From Naegleria gruberi (taxonomy: Eukaryota), in assembly GCA_000004985.1 (NCBI GenBank), contig GG738902.1: a DNA stretch of 64,000 bases; one strand, given 5' to 3'. Every line of letters starts with the position of its first letter. Position 1 is the first letter of the stretch. Positions 10,222-20,640 of this stretch are shown here, one piece after another. The notes beneath the pieces are model-generated. The model had not been told where the DNA came from. It was given only the letters and a program-made list of their open reading frames with translations, and did no database searches. The position numbers were made by a program, and so were the translations under genes.

Positions 10222-13200
10222 ATGCCAGCCAGACCAAAACGAAACGTTAAAAAGAAGGTTTTTGAAGAAGAACCTGTTTCGGAGGAGGAAGAAGTGGTTG
10301 ATGAAAAAGATGACCAAATGGATACTTCGGATGCGGAAGAAGCAGCACCTCCTAAAAAAACAACAAAAAGGAGAACTCCTGCTAGAAGATCTCGTGCTAA
10401 AAAGGATGAAGATGAAGAAGAACAACAAGAATCTTCTGAGGAAGAAGAAGAAGAAGAAGAAGAAGATAATGATAAAAGTGGAAATTATCGTGGAGAAGGT
10501 GAGGAATCATCATCTGAAGAAGAGAGTGAAGAACCACAAGAAAAGTACCAATTTATTTCGGAACAAACAAGTAAACATTTAGAGAAAATCAGAAAGGAAC
10601 AAAAATCTCTTCTTAACAGATTAAAAGAGAAACAAAAGAAAGAACTAGTTGGTATTGAAGATCCACAAGAAAAAGTTAAAGTGACATTTAGACATTTGTT
10701 GGAACAAACAGAAATTTACTCTAGTTTCACTCCAAATTTATCTATGCATACAATTATTGATGGAACTTCATCTTCAAAGAAAGGAGGATCTAGAAGAAAA
10801 CACTCTGAAAAGGAAGAGGATGAAGAAATTATTCGTGAAGCCTTGGAGGATGAAGAAGAAAGTTATCAAGGTGTTTTACTTACATCATCACCAAAATTTA
10901 TTGAAAATACTACATTGAGAAGTTATCAAATTGATGGTGTAAATTGGATGATTAGACTTCATGATAGAGGTGTAAATGGAATTTTAGCTGATGAAATGGG
11001 TCTTGGTAAAACTGTACAAACTCTTACTTGGATTGCTTATTTGAAATTTATTAGAAGAATTCGTGGTCCTCACTTGGTTATTGTACCAAAAAGTGTTATT
11101 CCTAACTGGGTAAATCAGGCTAATCAGTGGTGCCCATCTCTACAAGTTCTTAAATTCCACGGAGACAAGGATCAAAGAAGAGAAATCAAGGAAAAATCAC
11201 TTGTTGGAGGAAAATTTGAAATTGTTGTAACTTCATATGAAACAGCTATCAAGGAAAAGGCAGCTTTAAACAAATTTAGATGGTATAGTATTATCATCGA
11301 TGAAGCTCACCGTATTAAGAATGAAAATTCTATCCTTTCACAATCAGTTAGAGTTTTTGATTGCCAATATAGATTATTATTAACAGGTACTCCACTCCAA
11401 AATAACCTTCACGAATTATGGAGTTTACTTAACTTTTTATTGCCAGATGTTTTCCGTTCAGCAGATGATTTTGATACATGGTTTAACTTGAAGGAAGGTC
11501 AGGCTGAAACTCATATTATTGATCAATTGCACAAAGTTTTAAAACCTTTCCTTTTGAGAAGATTGAAAACTGAAGTTAAAACTGATATTCCTCCTAAGAA
11601 GGAAATTTATGTAGAATGTGGTTTATCTAAACTTCAAAAAGAATGGTATCGTAGTATTCTTACAAAGGATTTGAACTCTATCAAGGGTGGTGAAAAAGTT
11701 AGACTTTTAAACGTTGTTATGCAACTTAGAAAGTGTTGCAACCATCCATACTTGTTTGATGGTGCTGAACCAGGTCCACCATATACTCTAGGTGATCACT
11801 TAATGAATAACTCTGGTAAAATGTATCTAGTTGATAAACTATTGAAGAAGTTGAAGGAACAAAACTCTAGAGTATTAATCTTTACTCAAATGACAAGAAT
11901 GTTGGACATTTTAGAAGATTATTGTTATTTAAGAAATTATGAATATTGTAGAATAGATGGTCAAACATCAAGCGAATTGCGTGAACAACATATGGATGAA
12001 TTTAATAAGGAAGGAAGTTCAAAGTTTATCTTCTTGTTGTCGACACGTGCTGGTGGTTTGGGTATTAACCTTGCTACAGCAGATACTGTTATTATTTATG
12101 ACAGTGATTGGAATCCTCAAGCTGACTTGCAAGCTCAAGACAGATGTCACAGAATTGGTCAAAAGAAACCTGTGAATGTGTATAGATTAATTTCCAAAGA
12201 CTCTATAGAAGAAAAGATTTACCAAAGAGCTGTTAAGAAACTTTATTTGGATGCTGTGGTTATCCAACAAGGTAGACTTGCTGAACAAAATAATAAGCTT
12301 TCAAAGACTGAATTGATGTCTATGATCAAGTTTGGTGCTGAAGAAGTTTTTAAGAGCACAGAATCAACTATTACAGATGAAGATCTTGATGCTATTTTAT
12401 CACGTGGTGAACAAAAGATTCAAGAAATCGATCAACAATATAAGAATATCTGCCAAAACAATTTGCTAAACTTCTCATTGACAAATGAAAATAATTTGTA
12501 TGAATTTGAAGGTCTAGATTATTCAAAGAAGGCAACTACAATGATTGTCATTGAAGAAATTCCTGAAACTTTAACAGAAGATGTAATTGTAAAAGAAATT
12601 GGAGATGAAGAACAACTTTTGGATGAAGTTATAATTTCTCATGAAAAGAAGAGTTGTATTCTTTATTTCGACACAAAGAGTGCTTCTGCAAAGTCTTTAG
12701 AAAAACTTGTCTCTAAAAATTATAAGGCCAAATTCTGTAAAAAGAATGATAAATTTATTCTCCAACTCGAAGAAGAGGCCCTTAAGGAAGAATCTCAAAC
12801 TGTTAGAAGTGAAAGATTGGGAAGAAGAAACAAGCAAACAGAACAACAAATTGCTATTGAAGAAGCTCAGCAAAAACGTGGTCCAAAAGAACCAAAATAT
12901 TATGATTTCCAATTCTTGAACACTAAGAGATTGTTAGAACTTTGGGAAAAGGAAACCCAATTTGAACAAGAAAAGAAAAAGAGAAAAAAGAATAAGGATA
13001 GTGATGAAAAAGAAGATGAAGAAGCAGGAGAACTTACCAAAGAAGAAAAGTCTGAAAAGAGAAAACTTCTCCTTGAAGGATTTAATAATTGGAGCAAGAA
13101 GGATTTCCAAAGCTTTATCAAGGGTTGTGAAAAATTCGGAAGAAAGGACTATGCAAATATTGCAGTAGAAGTCGAAAAAACTGAACAACAAATTAAGAAG

Positions 13201-13674
13201 TATTCTAATGTATTTTGGAAGAGATATAAGGAAATTAAAGATTATGACAAGTTGATCAAGAGAATAGAAAGAGGAGAATCTCAGTTACAAAAAATTGATA
13301 ATAATAATTTAATGTTAAGATATAAGACACAAAAATATATCAATCCTTGGTTAGAAATGAAGTTCAACTATGGTCAAAATCAAGTGAAAGAATTTACTCC
13401 TGAAGAAGATAGTTTTATTTGTTGTATGACTGCAAAATTGGGATATGGATTTTGGGAAGAAGTAAGAGCACAAATCAGAAATGCTTGGGAGTTTAGATTT
13501 GACTGGTTCATTAAAACTAGAACTGCAGTTGAAATTCAAAAGAGATGTGATACTCTCATCAAACTCATTGAAAAGGAATACCAAGATGAGCTTAAAGTCC
13601 AAGAAAAGGAAAAATCCAAGAGAAAATTGGAACCCTCAGCTTCTGGAAATTCAACCAAAAAAGTCAAAAAATAA
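10222..13674 (+). CDS. ISWI-type SNF2-family chromatin-remodeling ATPase (helicase ATP-binding and C-terminal domains plus HAND-SANT-SLIDE)
   Basis: 1150-aa single ORF. Motifs are DGVNWMIRLHDRGVNGILADEMGLGKTVQT (motif I), DEAHRIKN (motif II), LLTGTPLQNNLHELWSLLNFLLP and QAQDRCHRIGQKKPV. The acidic N-terminus and the C-terminal SANT/SLIDE-like region (NWSKKDFQSF...) are typical of ISWI. Confidence 0.9.
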   Translation: MPARPKRNVKKKVFEEEPVSEEEEVVDEKDDQMDTSDAEEAAPPKKTTKRRTPARRSRAKKDEDEEEQQESSEEEEEEEEEDNDKSGNYRGEGEESSSEEESEEPQEKYQFISEQTSKHLEKIRKEQKSLLNRLKEKQKKELVGIEDPQEKVKVTFRHLLEQTEIYSSFTPNLSMHTIIDGTSSSKKGGSRRKHSEKEEDEEIIREALEDEEESYQGVLLTSSPKFIENTTLRSYQIDGVNWMIRLHDRGVNGILADEMGLGKTVQTLTWIAYLKFIRRIRGPHLVIVPKSVIPNWVNQANQWCPSLQVLKFHGDKDQRREIKEKSLVGGKFEIVVTSYETAIKEKAALNKFRWYSIIIDEAHRIKNENSILSQSVRVFDCQYRLLLTGTPLQNNLHELWSLLNFLLPDVFRSADDFDTWFNLKEGQAETHIIDQLHKVLKPFLLRRLKTEVKTDIPPKKEIYVECGLSKLQKEWYRSILTKDLNSIKGGEKVRLLNVVMQLRKCCNHPYLFDGAEPGPPYTLGDHLMNNSGKMYLVDKLLKKLKEQNSRVLIFTQMTRMLDILEDYCYLRNYEYCRIDGQTSSELREQHMDEFNKEGSSKFIFLLSTRAGGLGINLATADTVIIYDSDWNPQADLQAQDRCHRIGQKKPVNVYRLISKDSIEEKIYQRAVKKLYLDAVVIQQGRLAEQNNKLSKTELMSMIKFGAEEVFKSTESTITDEDLDAILSRGEQKIQEIDQQYKNICQNNLLNFSLTNENNLYEFEGLDYSKKATTMIVIEEIPETLTEDVIVKEIGDEEQLLDEVIISHEKKSCILYFDTKSASAKSLEKLVSKNYKAKFCKKNDKFILQLEEEALKEESQTVRSERLGRRNKQTEQQIAIEEAQQKRGPKEPKYYDFQFLNTKRLLELWEKETQFEQEKKKRKKNKDSDEKEDEEAGELTKEEKSEKRKLLLEGFNNWSKKDFQSFIKGCEKFGRKDYANIAVEVEKTEQQIKKYSNVFWKRYKEIKDYDKLIKRIERGESQLQKIDNNNLMLRYKTQKYINPWLEMKFNYGQNQVKEFTPEEDSFICCMTAKLGYGFWEEVRAQIRNAWEFRFDWFIKTRTAVEIQKRCDTLIKLIEKEYQDELKVQEKEKSKRKLEPSASGNSTKKVKK

Positions 13675-13688
13675 ACTTGTATATAATA

Positions 13689-14960
13689 TTAGTTTGTACT
13701 TGTAAAGAACTCATCCTCAGATTCATCTGATTGTGTAATAATTTGACTAATCTCTAAGGCATGAAGATCTCTTGATTGAGTCACTAATGTCTTATACGAC
13801 ATGAATACTACCATGAATAGAGTTACAATAATTATTATACATAAAATCAAACTAAAAACAAAATGTAAATCTATCATTAAAATAAAATCATATAATCCAT
13901 GGAAAATTAGTGGTTGATAAATGACATAACAGAAGAAAGATAAATTAATCCAGATTTTTCTCAATGTTGAAGTTCCATTTGCCTGTCTATCTTGATATCT
14001 ACTCTCAATAAATATTGGAACCTCAGTTAAATGTTGAGTTTCCAAACGTATCTTGTATTGAGCAATTCTTAATCCTACAAGACATCCGCTCAATGTATGA
14101 AGTGGAAGAGCAAGTAAAATTCTTCCAATAACTGTCATTGCTCCAAATTGTAAAATTACCATTTGTTGAGAAGCTCCAGAAGTGAGAATATAAATCTTTA
14201 AACAAACTACTAGAATAAATCCAATATTTTCAACTGTAGAAAGTCCAAGAGCCGCCAAAGCACTATAAACCATTGGTGGAAGTGGATGACAATGAGAATG
14301 ATAAAATAACTTCTCTGTTTGATTTTCAAGTTTAAAACATGATGAGAAGAAACTTCCTCCACTTGTTAATTTCAAAGCAAGTAAAGCTTTTGCAACTTCT
14401 TCAACAAGAGATGAAACAAAGAATGATTGTAATACACCAAATAATAATTTCCACACAAAACTCAAATTTTCTAATTGTGTTTCAACTGATTGTATCATTG
14501 ATGATGAATCCACTGTAATAATTTTCAATCCGTGCATAATTGAAATTAATAGTATAGATGCAATAATTTCAAATAAAAAGACAGGTATTACTGATAAAAT
14601 ACCACTCCACAATACATGAAAGGATAATTCTAAATCAATTTTGTTTCTAAACATGAAATAAATAATTAAAAATATTATAATACAAGGAAGAACTCCAATA
14701 AGAAGAAGCAGAGAAATAGCTGGACTAAAAAATAGAGGAATTAAAAGAAGGGAGAGAAGAGGAATAATAGTAAAATAAAGACAAGGTCCTAATTTTTGAT
14801 TCACTAAATCCTGATGAGGTGCCAATGTTGATGGTTCGGAAATGTGATCACCACCAAAACTACCTAATTCTAAATCTTCAGAGTGATCATCTGTATGACT
14901 ATCAGTGTTAGGCATTTTTTTGATGAATTTAATAATAAGTAATGTATATGATGTCATCAT
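13689..14960 (-). CDS. Polytopic membrane protein, CPBP/PrsW/Abi-like intramembrane metalloprotease family (tentative)
   Basis: 423-aa ORF with about 8 predicted TM helices. It has an EEVAK (EExxK) motif inside a TM helix, a downstream ENIGF, and an HGLYD (HxxxD/N) motif, as in CAAX-protease/PrsW families. Confidence 0.4.
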   Translation of the reverse strand: MMTSYTLLIIKFIKKMPNTDSHTDDHSEDLELGSFGGDHISEPSTLAPHQDLVNQKLGPCLYFTIIPLLSLLLIPLFFSPAISLLLLIGVLPCIIIFLIIYFMFRNKIDLELSFHVLWSGILSVIPVFLFEIIASILLISIMHGLKIITVDSSSMIQSVETQLENLSFVWKLLFGVLQSFFVSSLVEEVAKALLALKLTSGGSFFSSCFKLENQTEKLFYHSHCHPLPPMVYSALAALGLSTVENIGFILVVCLKIYILTSGASQQMVILQFGAMTVIGRILLALPLHTLSGCLVGLRIAQYKIRLETQHLTEVPIFIESRYQDRQANGTSTLRKIWINLSFFCYVIYQPLIFHGLYDFILMIDLHFVFSLILCIIIIVTLFMVVFMSYKTLVTQSRDLHALEISQIITQSDESEDEFFTSTN

Positions 14961-15039
14961 GGATAATATGAGTTGATATCGTAACTAAAAAGAATTGCAA
15001 CTGTTTTGATTTTAATATTTTATATAGGATTTATATGAT

Positions 15040-15665
15040 TTATTCTTGAGCAACAGCAGCTTGAGCCTTAGCGACAGCAGTCTTCTTTTCAGTCAAAATG
15101 ATTTCCATGTGGGTTGGGTTAGCCATGAATGGGTTAATTCTACCGTGAGCTCTGAAAGTTCTTCTTCTCATCTTTGGAGCTCTGTTGGCTTGGGAGTGGG
15201 AAATGACCAAATCTCTGACATTCAAACCCTTAACTCTGGCGTTGTTTTCAGCATTCTTCAAAAGCTTCAAAACAGCGAAGATTGACTTGGTTGGGTATCT
15301 GCTGTTAGCAACACCGAATTCCTTGGAGTGAGCGTGTCTACCTGGACCACCGTTGTAAATCTTGAATGGGATAGCTTCAGTGTGTCTCAAGACGTTGTGC
15401 AAGTACTTCTTGGCTCTTCTCAAAGACAAACCCTTGATGGCATTGATAGTTTCACAAGTATTCTTGAAGTGAACTCTAACACCTTCAACCTTAGCCTTGG
15501 CGTGCTTGGAGGTTTCTGGGTCAACAGAGTATCTTTGTCTATTGGCTCTAGTCCTAAATATTTGAAGATAATCACAACATTAATAATAACAAGACAACAC
15601 AAATACACAAATCGTTAAGCAAAGAAGAACAATATTAAAAAAAGCAGTGGTGATGTTACATACAT
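15040..15665 (-). CDS. RPL17: 60S ribosomal protein L17 (uL22); start codon split by a 5' intron
   Basis: Exon 2 (15553..15040) encodes TRANRQRYSVDPE...VRVHFKNT...YNGG...KMRRRTFRAHGRINPF...EIILTEK, which aligns with eukaryotic L17. Exon 2 begins in phase 2. The only upstream ATG (15665..15663) is immediately followed by GTATGT. The model is therefore exon 1 ending ...AAAAAT, a roughly 110-nt intron (15554..15663), and exon 2 starting with G to complete ATG. Confidence 0.75.
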
Positions 15666-16035
15666 TTTTGAGTATTTTTTTTCAACAAAATTTTTAAAAC
15701 TTGGCTGGTTGTCTTTGTTGTTGGTATTTTACAATAAAAATTTTCTGTTGGGCATTTTATGAAGGCAAGAAGCCAAAGAGGAAGGAAAAAAAGCAATGAT
15801 AGAGAATGTTAATACAAACATCAACAATAAACCCACCTGTTAATCAAACATTTTGCTTCAATGTATACATCAATCGGATAGTGCTGAATATGCAGCATTG
15901 ATGTTTTTCATCATAACTAGGAAATACTTGCAAAGCCTATTTCTGCAAGTCTTCGACTCTAGTAGGAACAAAACAATTTATCATATGAACAGAGGATGAT
16001 GATATTATTTACATTATTGGTTTTATTTACATCAA

Positions 16036-18063
16036 TTAACAATCAACAATATTCAAACTCTTATCTTCAATAAGAATTTCTTCCTCATCATCTTCCTCTT
16101 CTTCCTCTTCTGTTGTGGAACTGAACAACATTTGCTTTTCAGCCAATCCTTTGTAAATACCATTAGAAATTTCCATGAGCTCATTGTGTGTTCCCTTCTC
16201 TCTCAATTCACCTTTAGCCAATACACAAATTTGATTGCAATCCTTAACAGTTGAAAGTCTGTGAGCAATGCAAATTGAGGTACGTCCTTTCATTAATTTG
16301 TCTAGAGCAGCTTGAACCAATGCTTCTGATTCAGTGTCCAATGCAGAGGTTGCTTCATCCAAGAGTAAAATCTTTGGATCTTGTAATAAGGCACGAGCAA
16401 TGGCAATTCTTTGTTTTTGACCACCTGACAATGAAACACCCTTCTCACCCAACAAGGTATTATATCCTTCTGGCAAATCTGATATGAAACTGTGGCAATT
16501 GGCTGCCTTAGCTGCCTCAACAACTTTTTCCATTGTTGCATTTTCTTCACCGATAGCATAGGCAATATTTCCATAGATTGTTGTTGCAAAAAGTACAGGT
16601 TCTTGAGTTACGATACCTAAACAAGATTTGTGCAACCACATTGGATCGAGCTCAGCAACATCTACATCATCAATGTAAACTTTTCCTTTGGCAGGGTCAT
16701 AAAATCTTTCCAATAAACCAACAATGGTTGATTTACCAGATCCGGATGGACCAACTAATGCAACAGCTTGACCAGATGAAATATCCAATGAGAAATTCTT
16801 CAAAACGGTAACATTTGGACGGGAAGGATAAATAAAATCAACATTTTCAAATCTGACATGACCCTTAATGGTTTCAATTTTTTTACCTCCTTGAATTGGA
16901 ATGGCTCCCTTTCTCTTTAAAACTTTCAAAACAACTCTTTGAGAAACCATGGCTTTAGTATAATCTGGGAAGAATGCAAAAACTTGAATCAAGCCCATTG
17001 TTGAAAACAAAGACAATCCAATAACCTTCATCAAGCTTCCGATGTTCAATTCAGATGAAACTACTAAACCACCACCATACCAGAAGCAAAGTGCAACAGT
17101 TCCCCAAAGAACACCAATCATGACACCAAAGGTGGAGCCTTGTGCTATGGCCTTTCCCACACCTGCCAAGAACTTCTTTTTCAAATCACGTCCATATTTT
17201 TCTCTTTCTTTTTCTTCACCTGCCATTCCTCTTACAGTTCTCATTGAACTCAAAACTTCTGTAAACATGGCTGCACTGTGGTCATTGGATTTGTTAATCA
17301 TTGTAGTTAATTTACGAATAATACCTCCCAACACAAAAACACCAAATATCATGATTGGAGTGGTTGAAATCATTACAAGTGTGAGTTTCCAAGATGAAGA
17401 CATGGACAATGAGAAACCAATTGCAAATTGAGCAATACTTGTAACAAAGGTTGAAATTCTGGTTGTGTAAATTTCCTGAACTTTTGTACAATCCTCATAG
17501 AGAGTATTAGTAACAGCACCAACTTTCTTAACATCAAAATAGCCCATTTCTTGATCTGTCAATGCATCAAAATAAGCAGTTCTCAATGCAATACCAATTC
17601 TTTCACTTGCATAATTCAAGAAAAAGTTGGATAAAAGAGAGGCAACAGCTGCACCAGCTGCAATTCCAGCAAACTCACTGGCATAAACACTCACTTGGGA
17701 TTTCTTTTCAGCTGTTGTCATGGTTGTTGAGGCAAAAACTGTAATGACATCACCCATTATAAATTGAAACATGAGAGGAATGATACCACTACCTGCACTT
17801 CCAATCATACCAATTAAAATTAAAAGCCAATTCCAACCAATAATCTTATAAATTGTGAATGCATCTTTGAAGGATGGTTTAGGTTCTCTAAGGTCAACCA
17901 TTTCAATCTCAGAGGATGATATCTGCTCACCAGCCTCCTTATTATTATGTTTCTTGAAAGGATTTCTGCTTTGTCTTCTTGTATTTTCAGTCTTTTCCAT
18001 CTTTACATCCCCAACCTGAATCGTTGTTTGTGAAGATGGTTTCTTAATCTCTTGTTCGCTCAT
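16036..18063 (-). CDS. ABCB-type half-transporter (TMD-NBD)
   Basis: 675-aa single ORF with six TM helices followed by Walker A GPSGSGKST, signature LSGGQKQRIAIARAL, Walker B ILLLDEATSALD and an H-loop IAHRL. The C-terminus is an acidic tail. Confidence 0.9.
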   Translation of the reverse strand: MSEQEIKKPSSQTTIQVGDVKMEKTENTRRQSRNPFKKHNNKEAGEQISSSEIEMVDLREPKPSFKDAFTIYKIIGWNWLLILIGMIGSAGSGIIPLMFQFIMGDVITVFASTTMTTAEKKSQVSVYASEFAGIAAGAAVASLLSNFFLNYASERIGIALRTAYFDALTDQEMGYFDVKKVGAVTNTLYEDCTKVQEIYTTRISTFVTSIAQFAIGFSLSMSSSWKLTLVMISTTPIMIFGVFVLGGIIRKLTTMINKSNDHSAAMFTEVLSSMRTVRGMAGEEKEREKYGRDLKKKFLAGVGKAIAQGSTFGVMIGVLWGTVALCFWYGGGLVVSSELNIGSLMKVIGLSLFSTMGLIQVFAFFPDYTKAMVSQRVVLKVLKRKGAIPIQGGKKIETIKGHVRFENVDFIYPSRPNVTVLKNFSLDISSGQAVALVGPSGSGKSTIVGLLERFYDPAKGKVYIDDVDVAELDPMWLHKSCLGIVTQEPVLFATTIYGNIAYAIGEENATMEKVVEAAKAANCHSFISDLPEGYNTLLGEKGVSLSGGQKQRIAIARALLQDPKILLLDEATSALDTESEALVQAALDKLMKGRTSICIAHRLSTVKDCNQICVLAKGELREKGTHNELMEISNGIYKGLAEKQMLFSSTTEEEEEEDDEEEILIEDKSLNIVDC
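16285..16510. repeat. Arm 1 of a ~225-bp near-identical inverted repeat between the two ABC paralogs (partner at 20150..20375)
   Basis: Reverse-complementing 20150..20375 and aligning it by eye against 16285..16510 shows only a handful of mismatches over ~225 nt. Identical 78-aa antisense ORFs in the ORF track (16251..16487 plus strand, 20176..20412 minus strand) reflect the same identity. Confidence 0.8.
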
Positions 18064-18528
18064 TTTTTTGTATGTTGTCTATTGAGAGAGTTTGAATGAA
18101 TTTCCAAGCAATATTTATTCGATACAGCAGCACTAAGAAATCATCGCTTTACTAGAGCGCTAACAGCGCAAAACCTCAATGGATAGAGTTGCGCAGAGAT
18201 GGACATTTTGATGTGGATAACGATATTAGAAAACGTATTGAGATCTAATTCCATCAACCGGTGTAGAAAAGGAGCAACGACAGCGAACTATTTAATTTAA
18301 TGACTTTTTCGTGATCGATATGCTCTTATAGCGCAATGGAATATGTTGCGTACTAAGAAGTGGTGATGGTTTTATTAACATACAACAACCATCGACATGT
18401 TTAATAATAACAACTCCTCTCAGCACTGCTCGGCATTATTATTTAAGAAGAACCAAGAGAGACAAATACAAATATTCAAAAAAAACAACTCAACACTAAT
18501 CACAATTTTTTCATATACAATTCAGAAA
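18064..18528. promoter_or_regulatory. Shared divergent (bidirectional) promoter region between the two ABC half-transporter genes
   Basis: A roughly 330-465 bp intergenic region lies between the two start codons of the head-to-head genes. It is unusually GC-rich for this window and carries near-palindromes (AGCGCTAACAGCGC; TAGCGCAATGGAATATGTTGCGTA). Confidence 0.4.
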
Positions 18529-20549
18529 ATGACTGAAACACATGCATTGGATTATCAGATAGAGATTAAGGATGACAAGCCTACCGATCACAAATTAGAT
18601 ATAGATGCACTTACACCAAGAGATGAGAAGGCAACTAATCCAGCTGCATTATCTAGAAACCCATTCAAGAGAAGAAGACAGAAGAGAAAATTGAATGCAT
18701 TGGAGAAGATGAAAGACGAAATTCCAGATCCAAGAGAACCAAAAATTGGATTCAAAGATCACTTGATTCTACTGAAATTAATTGGTTTCAAGAATTGGGT
18801 ATTGATCTTTTTTGCAACTGTTGGTGCTGGAGGTGCAGGTGTTATTGGTTTATGCTTTCAATTTATTTTGGGAGATTTGATTAATAGTTTGGCAACCATC
18901 ATGTCAGATTCAAATGCATTGAGAGATGAAGTTAATTCAATTGCTGGAAAATTTGCTATTGTTGCTCTGGGTGCTGTGATTGCAAACTTTATGAATCAAT
19001 TCTTTAATACTTTGGCTTCAGAGACAATCAGTAGAACATTGAGACAGAAATATTTTGAATCATTGACAGCTCAAGAAATGGCATTCTTCGATATTAAGAA
19101 AGTTGGTCAACTGGCCTGCATTTCCAGTGATGATGTTGCCATTGTTCAAGAAATTTACACTTCCAAATGGTCAACCTTCTTCCAACAAGTAGTTCAAGTA
19201 GTGGTTGGTCTCATTCTCGCATTCATCAGCTCTTGGAAGATGTCTCTCGTCATCATTTCAACAAGTCCAATTATCTTTGTTTTGATTTGTGGTGTTTCAC
19301 AAGGTATCAAGAAGTTGTCAAAGAAAACATCAGAAGCAAATGAACATGCATCTGCAATTGCAACTGAAATTGTTTCATCAATTAAGACCGTAAGATCAAT
19401 GGGTGGAGAGCCAAAGGAAAGAATTAGATATAGAAATGATTTGAAGAAAGTTCACAAGTATGGTTTATTCAAGTCCATTCTTCAGGGATTCGTTTTCTTC
19501 GTTTTGAGTTTCACCATTTGGGGGACTGTTGCATTGGCCTTTTGGGTAAGTTTTATTATTTATTGCATTTCTAATTATCTTTCGAATAGTTTGGAGGTAA
19601 TTTAACCGTAGACGGTGAGATTAGTATCGGAAGCATGTTTAGAGTCTTTGGTTTATCATTGATGGCTGTCATGGCTTTATCAAATGCTGGTACCTTCTTT
19701 ACAGAATATGCCAAAGCCATTCAAAGTCAAACTTCGTTATTGAAGGTAATTAGAAGAGTTCCTGAAATTCCATTCAAGGGTGGTAAAACAATTGAAAATC
19801 TCAAAGGTGATATCTCTATTAAGAATATTGATTTTATCTATCCAGCCAGACCAAACACCACGGTATTGAAGAGCTTTAGTTTGGAAATCAAAACTGGTCA
19901 AGCTGTTGCATTTGTTGGTCCATCTGGATCTGGTAAATCAACCATTGTTGGATTAATTGAAAGATTTTACAATCCAGTTAAGGGTAACATTTCGATTGAT
20001 GGTGTTGATATTTCAGAATTGGACCCAATGTGGCTTCACCAAGTTGTTGGTATTGTAAACCAAGAACCAACCCTTTTTGCTTGCTCAATCAGAGATAACA
20101 TTACGTATGCTTGTAGAAGACCTGTCTCTCAAGAAGAAGTTGAAGAAGCTGCCAAAGCTGCCAATTGCCATAGTTTCATTTCAGATTTGCCAGAAGGATA
20201 TACCACCTTGTTGGGTGAGAAGGGTGTTTCATTGTCAGGCGGTCAAAAACAAAGAATTGCCATTGCTCGTGCCTTATTACAAGATCCAAAGATTTTACTC
20301 TTGGATGAAGCAACCTCTGCATTGGACACTGAATCAGAAACATTGGTTCAAGCTGCTCTCGACAAATTAATGAAGGGAAGAACAACCATTTGTATCGCTC
20401 ACAGACTTTCAACTGTTAAAAACTCAGACATGCTGTGTGTTCTTTCTAAGGGAGTTCTCGTTGAGCAAGGAAAACATGAAGAATTGATTCAAATTCCAGA
20501 TGGTGTATATAAGAAGTTAGCCGAGAAGCAAATGATGTTTGCTCACTAA
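18529..20549 (+). CDS. ABCB-type half-transporter (TMD-NBD), paralog of the divergent upstream gene
   Basis: Exons are 18529..19545 (or from the ATG at 18397) and 19590..20549. The 44-nt intron 19546..19589 (GTAAGT...CTAAT...AATAG) restores the frame (..ALAFW/FGGNLTVDGEIS..). The NBD has Walker A GPSGSGKST, LSGGQKQRIAIARAL and LLLDEATSALD. Confidence 0.8.
20150..20375. repeat. Arm 2 of the inverted repeat (partner at 16285..16510) within the NBD signature/Walker B region
   Basis: See arm 1. The flanking TMD-coding sequence of the two genes is far more diverged. Confidence 0.8.
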
Positions 20550-20640
20550 TTATATTCCATGTAAATAAATCTAAATGTAAATATAAGCACATTAGAGAAA
20601 TATCTATTGTTGTCGAAGATTATTTCACATAATAAAAAAA

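Noticed and set aside
12697-13191. Cluster of small ORFs on both strands inside ISWI (for example 12934..13191 minus, 12962..13168 plus)
   Set aside because: They are low-complexity K/E/F-rich translations of alternative frames within the ISWI coding region.
16251-16487. 78-aa plus-strand ORF and its twin at 20176..20412 (minus)
   Set aside because: Both are antisense read-throughs of the ABC transporter NBD coding sequence. Their near-identity simply reports the inverted nucleotide repeat.
18100-18360. tRNA or other small RNA gene in the GC-richer ABC intergenic spacer
   Set aside because: Palindromic GC-rich motifs are present but there is no cloverleaf-compatible arrangement (no GTTCGA/T-loop box with matching acceptor stem). 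I treat them as promoter elements.
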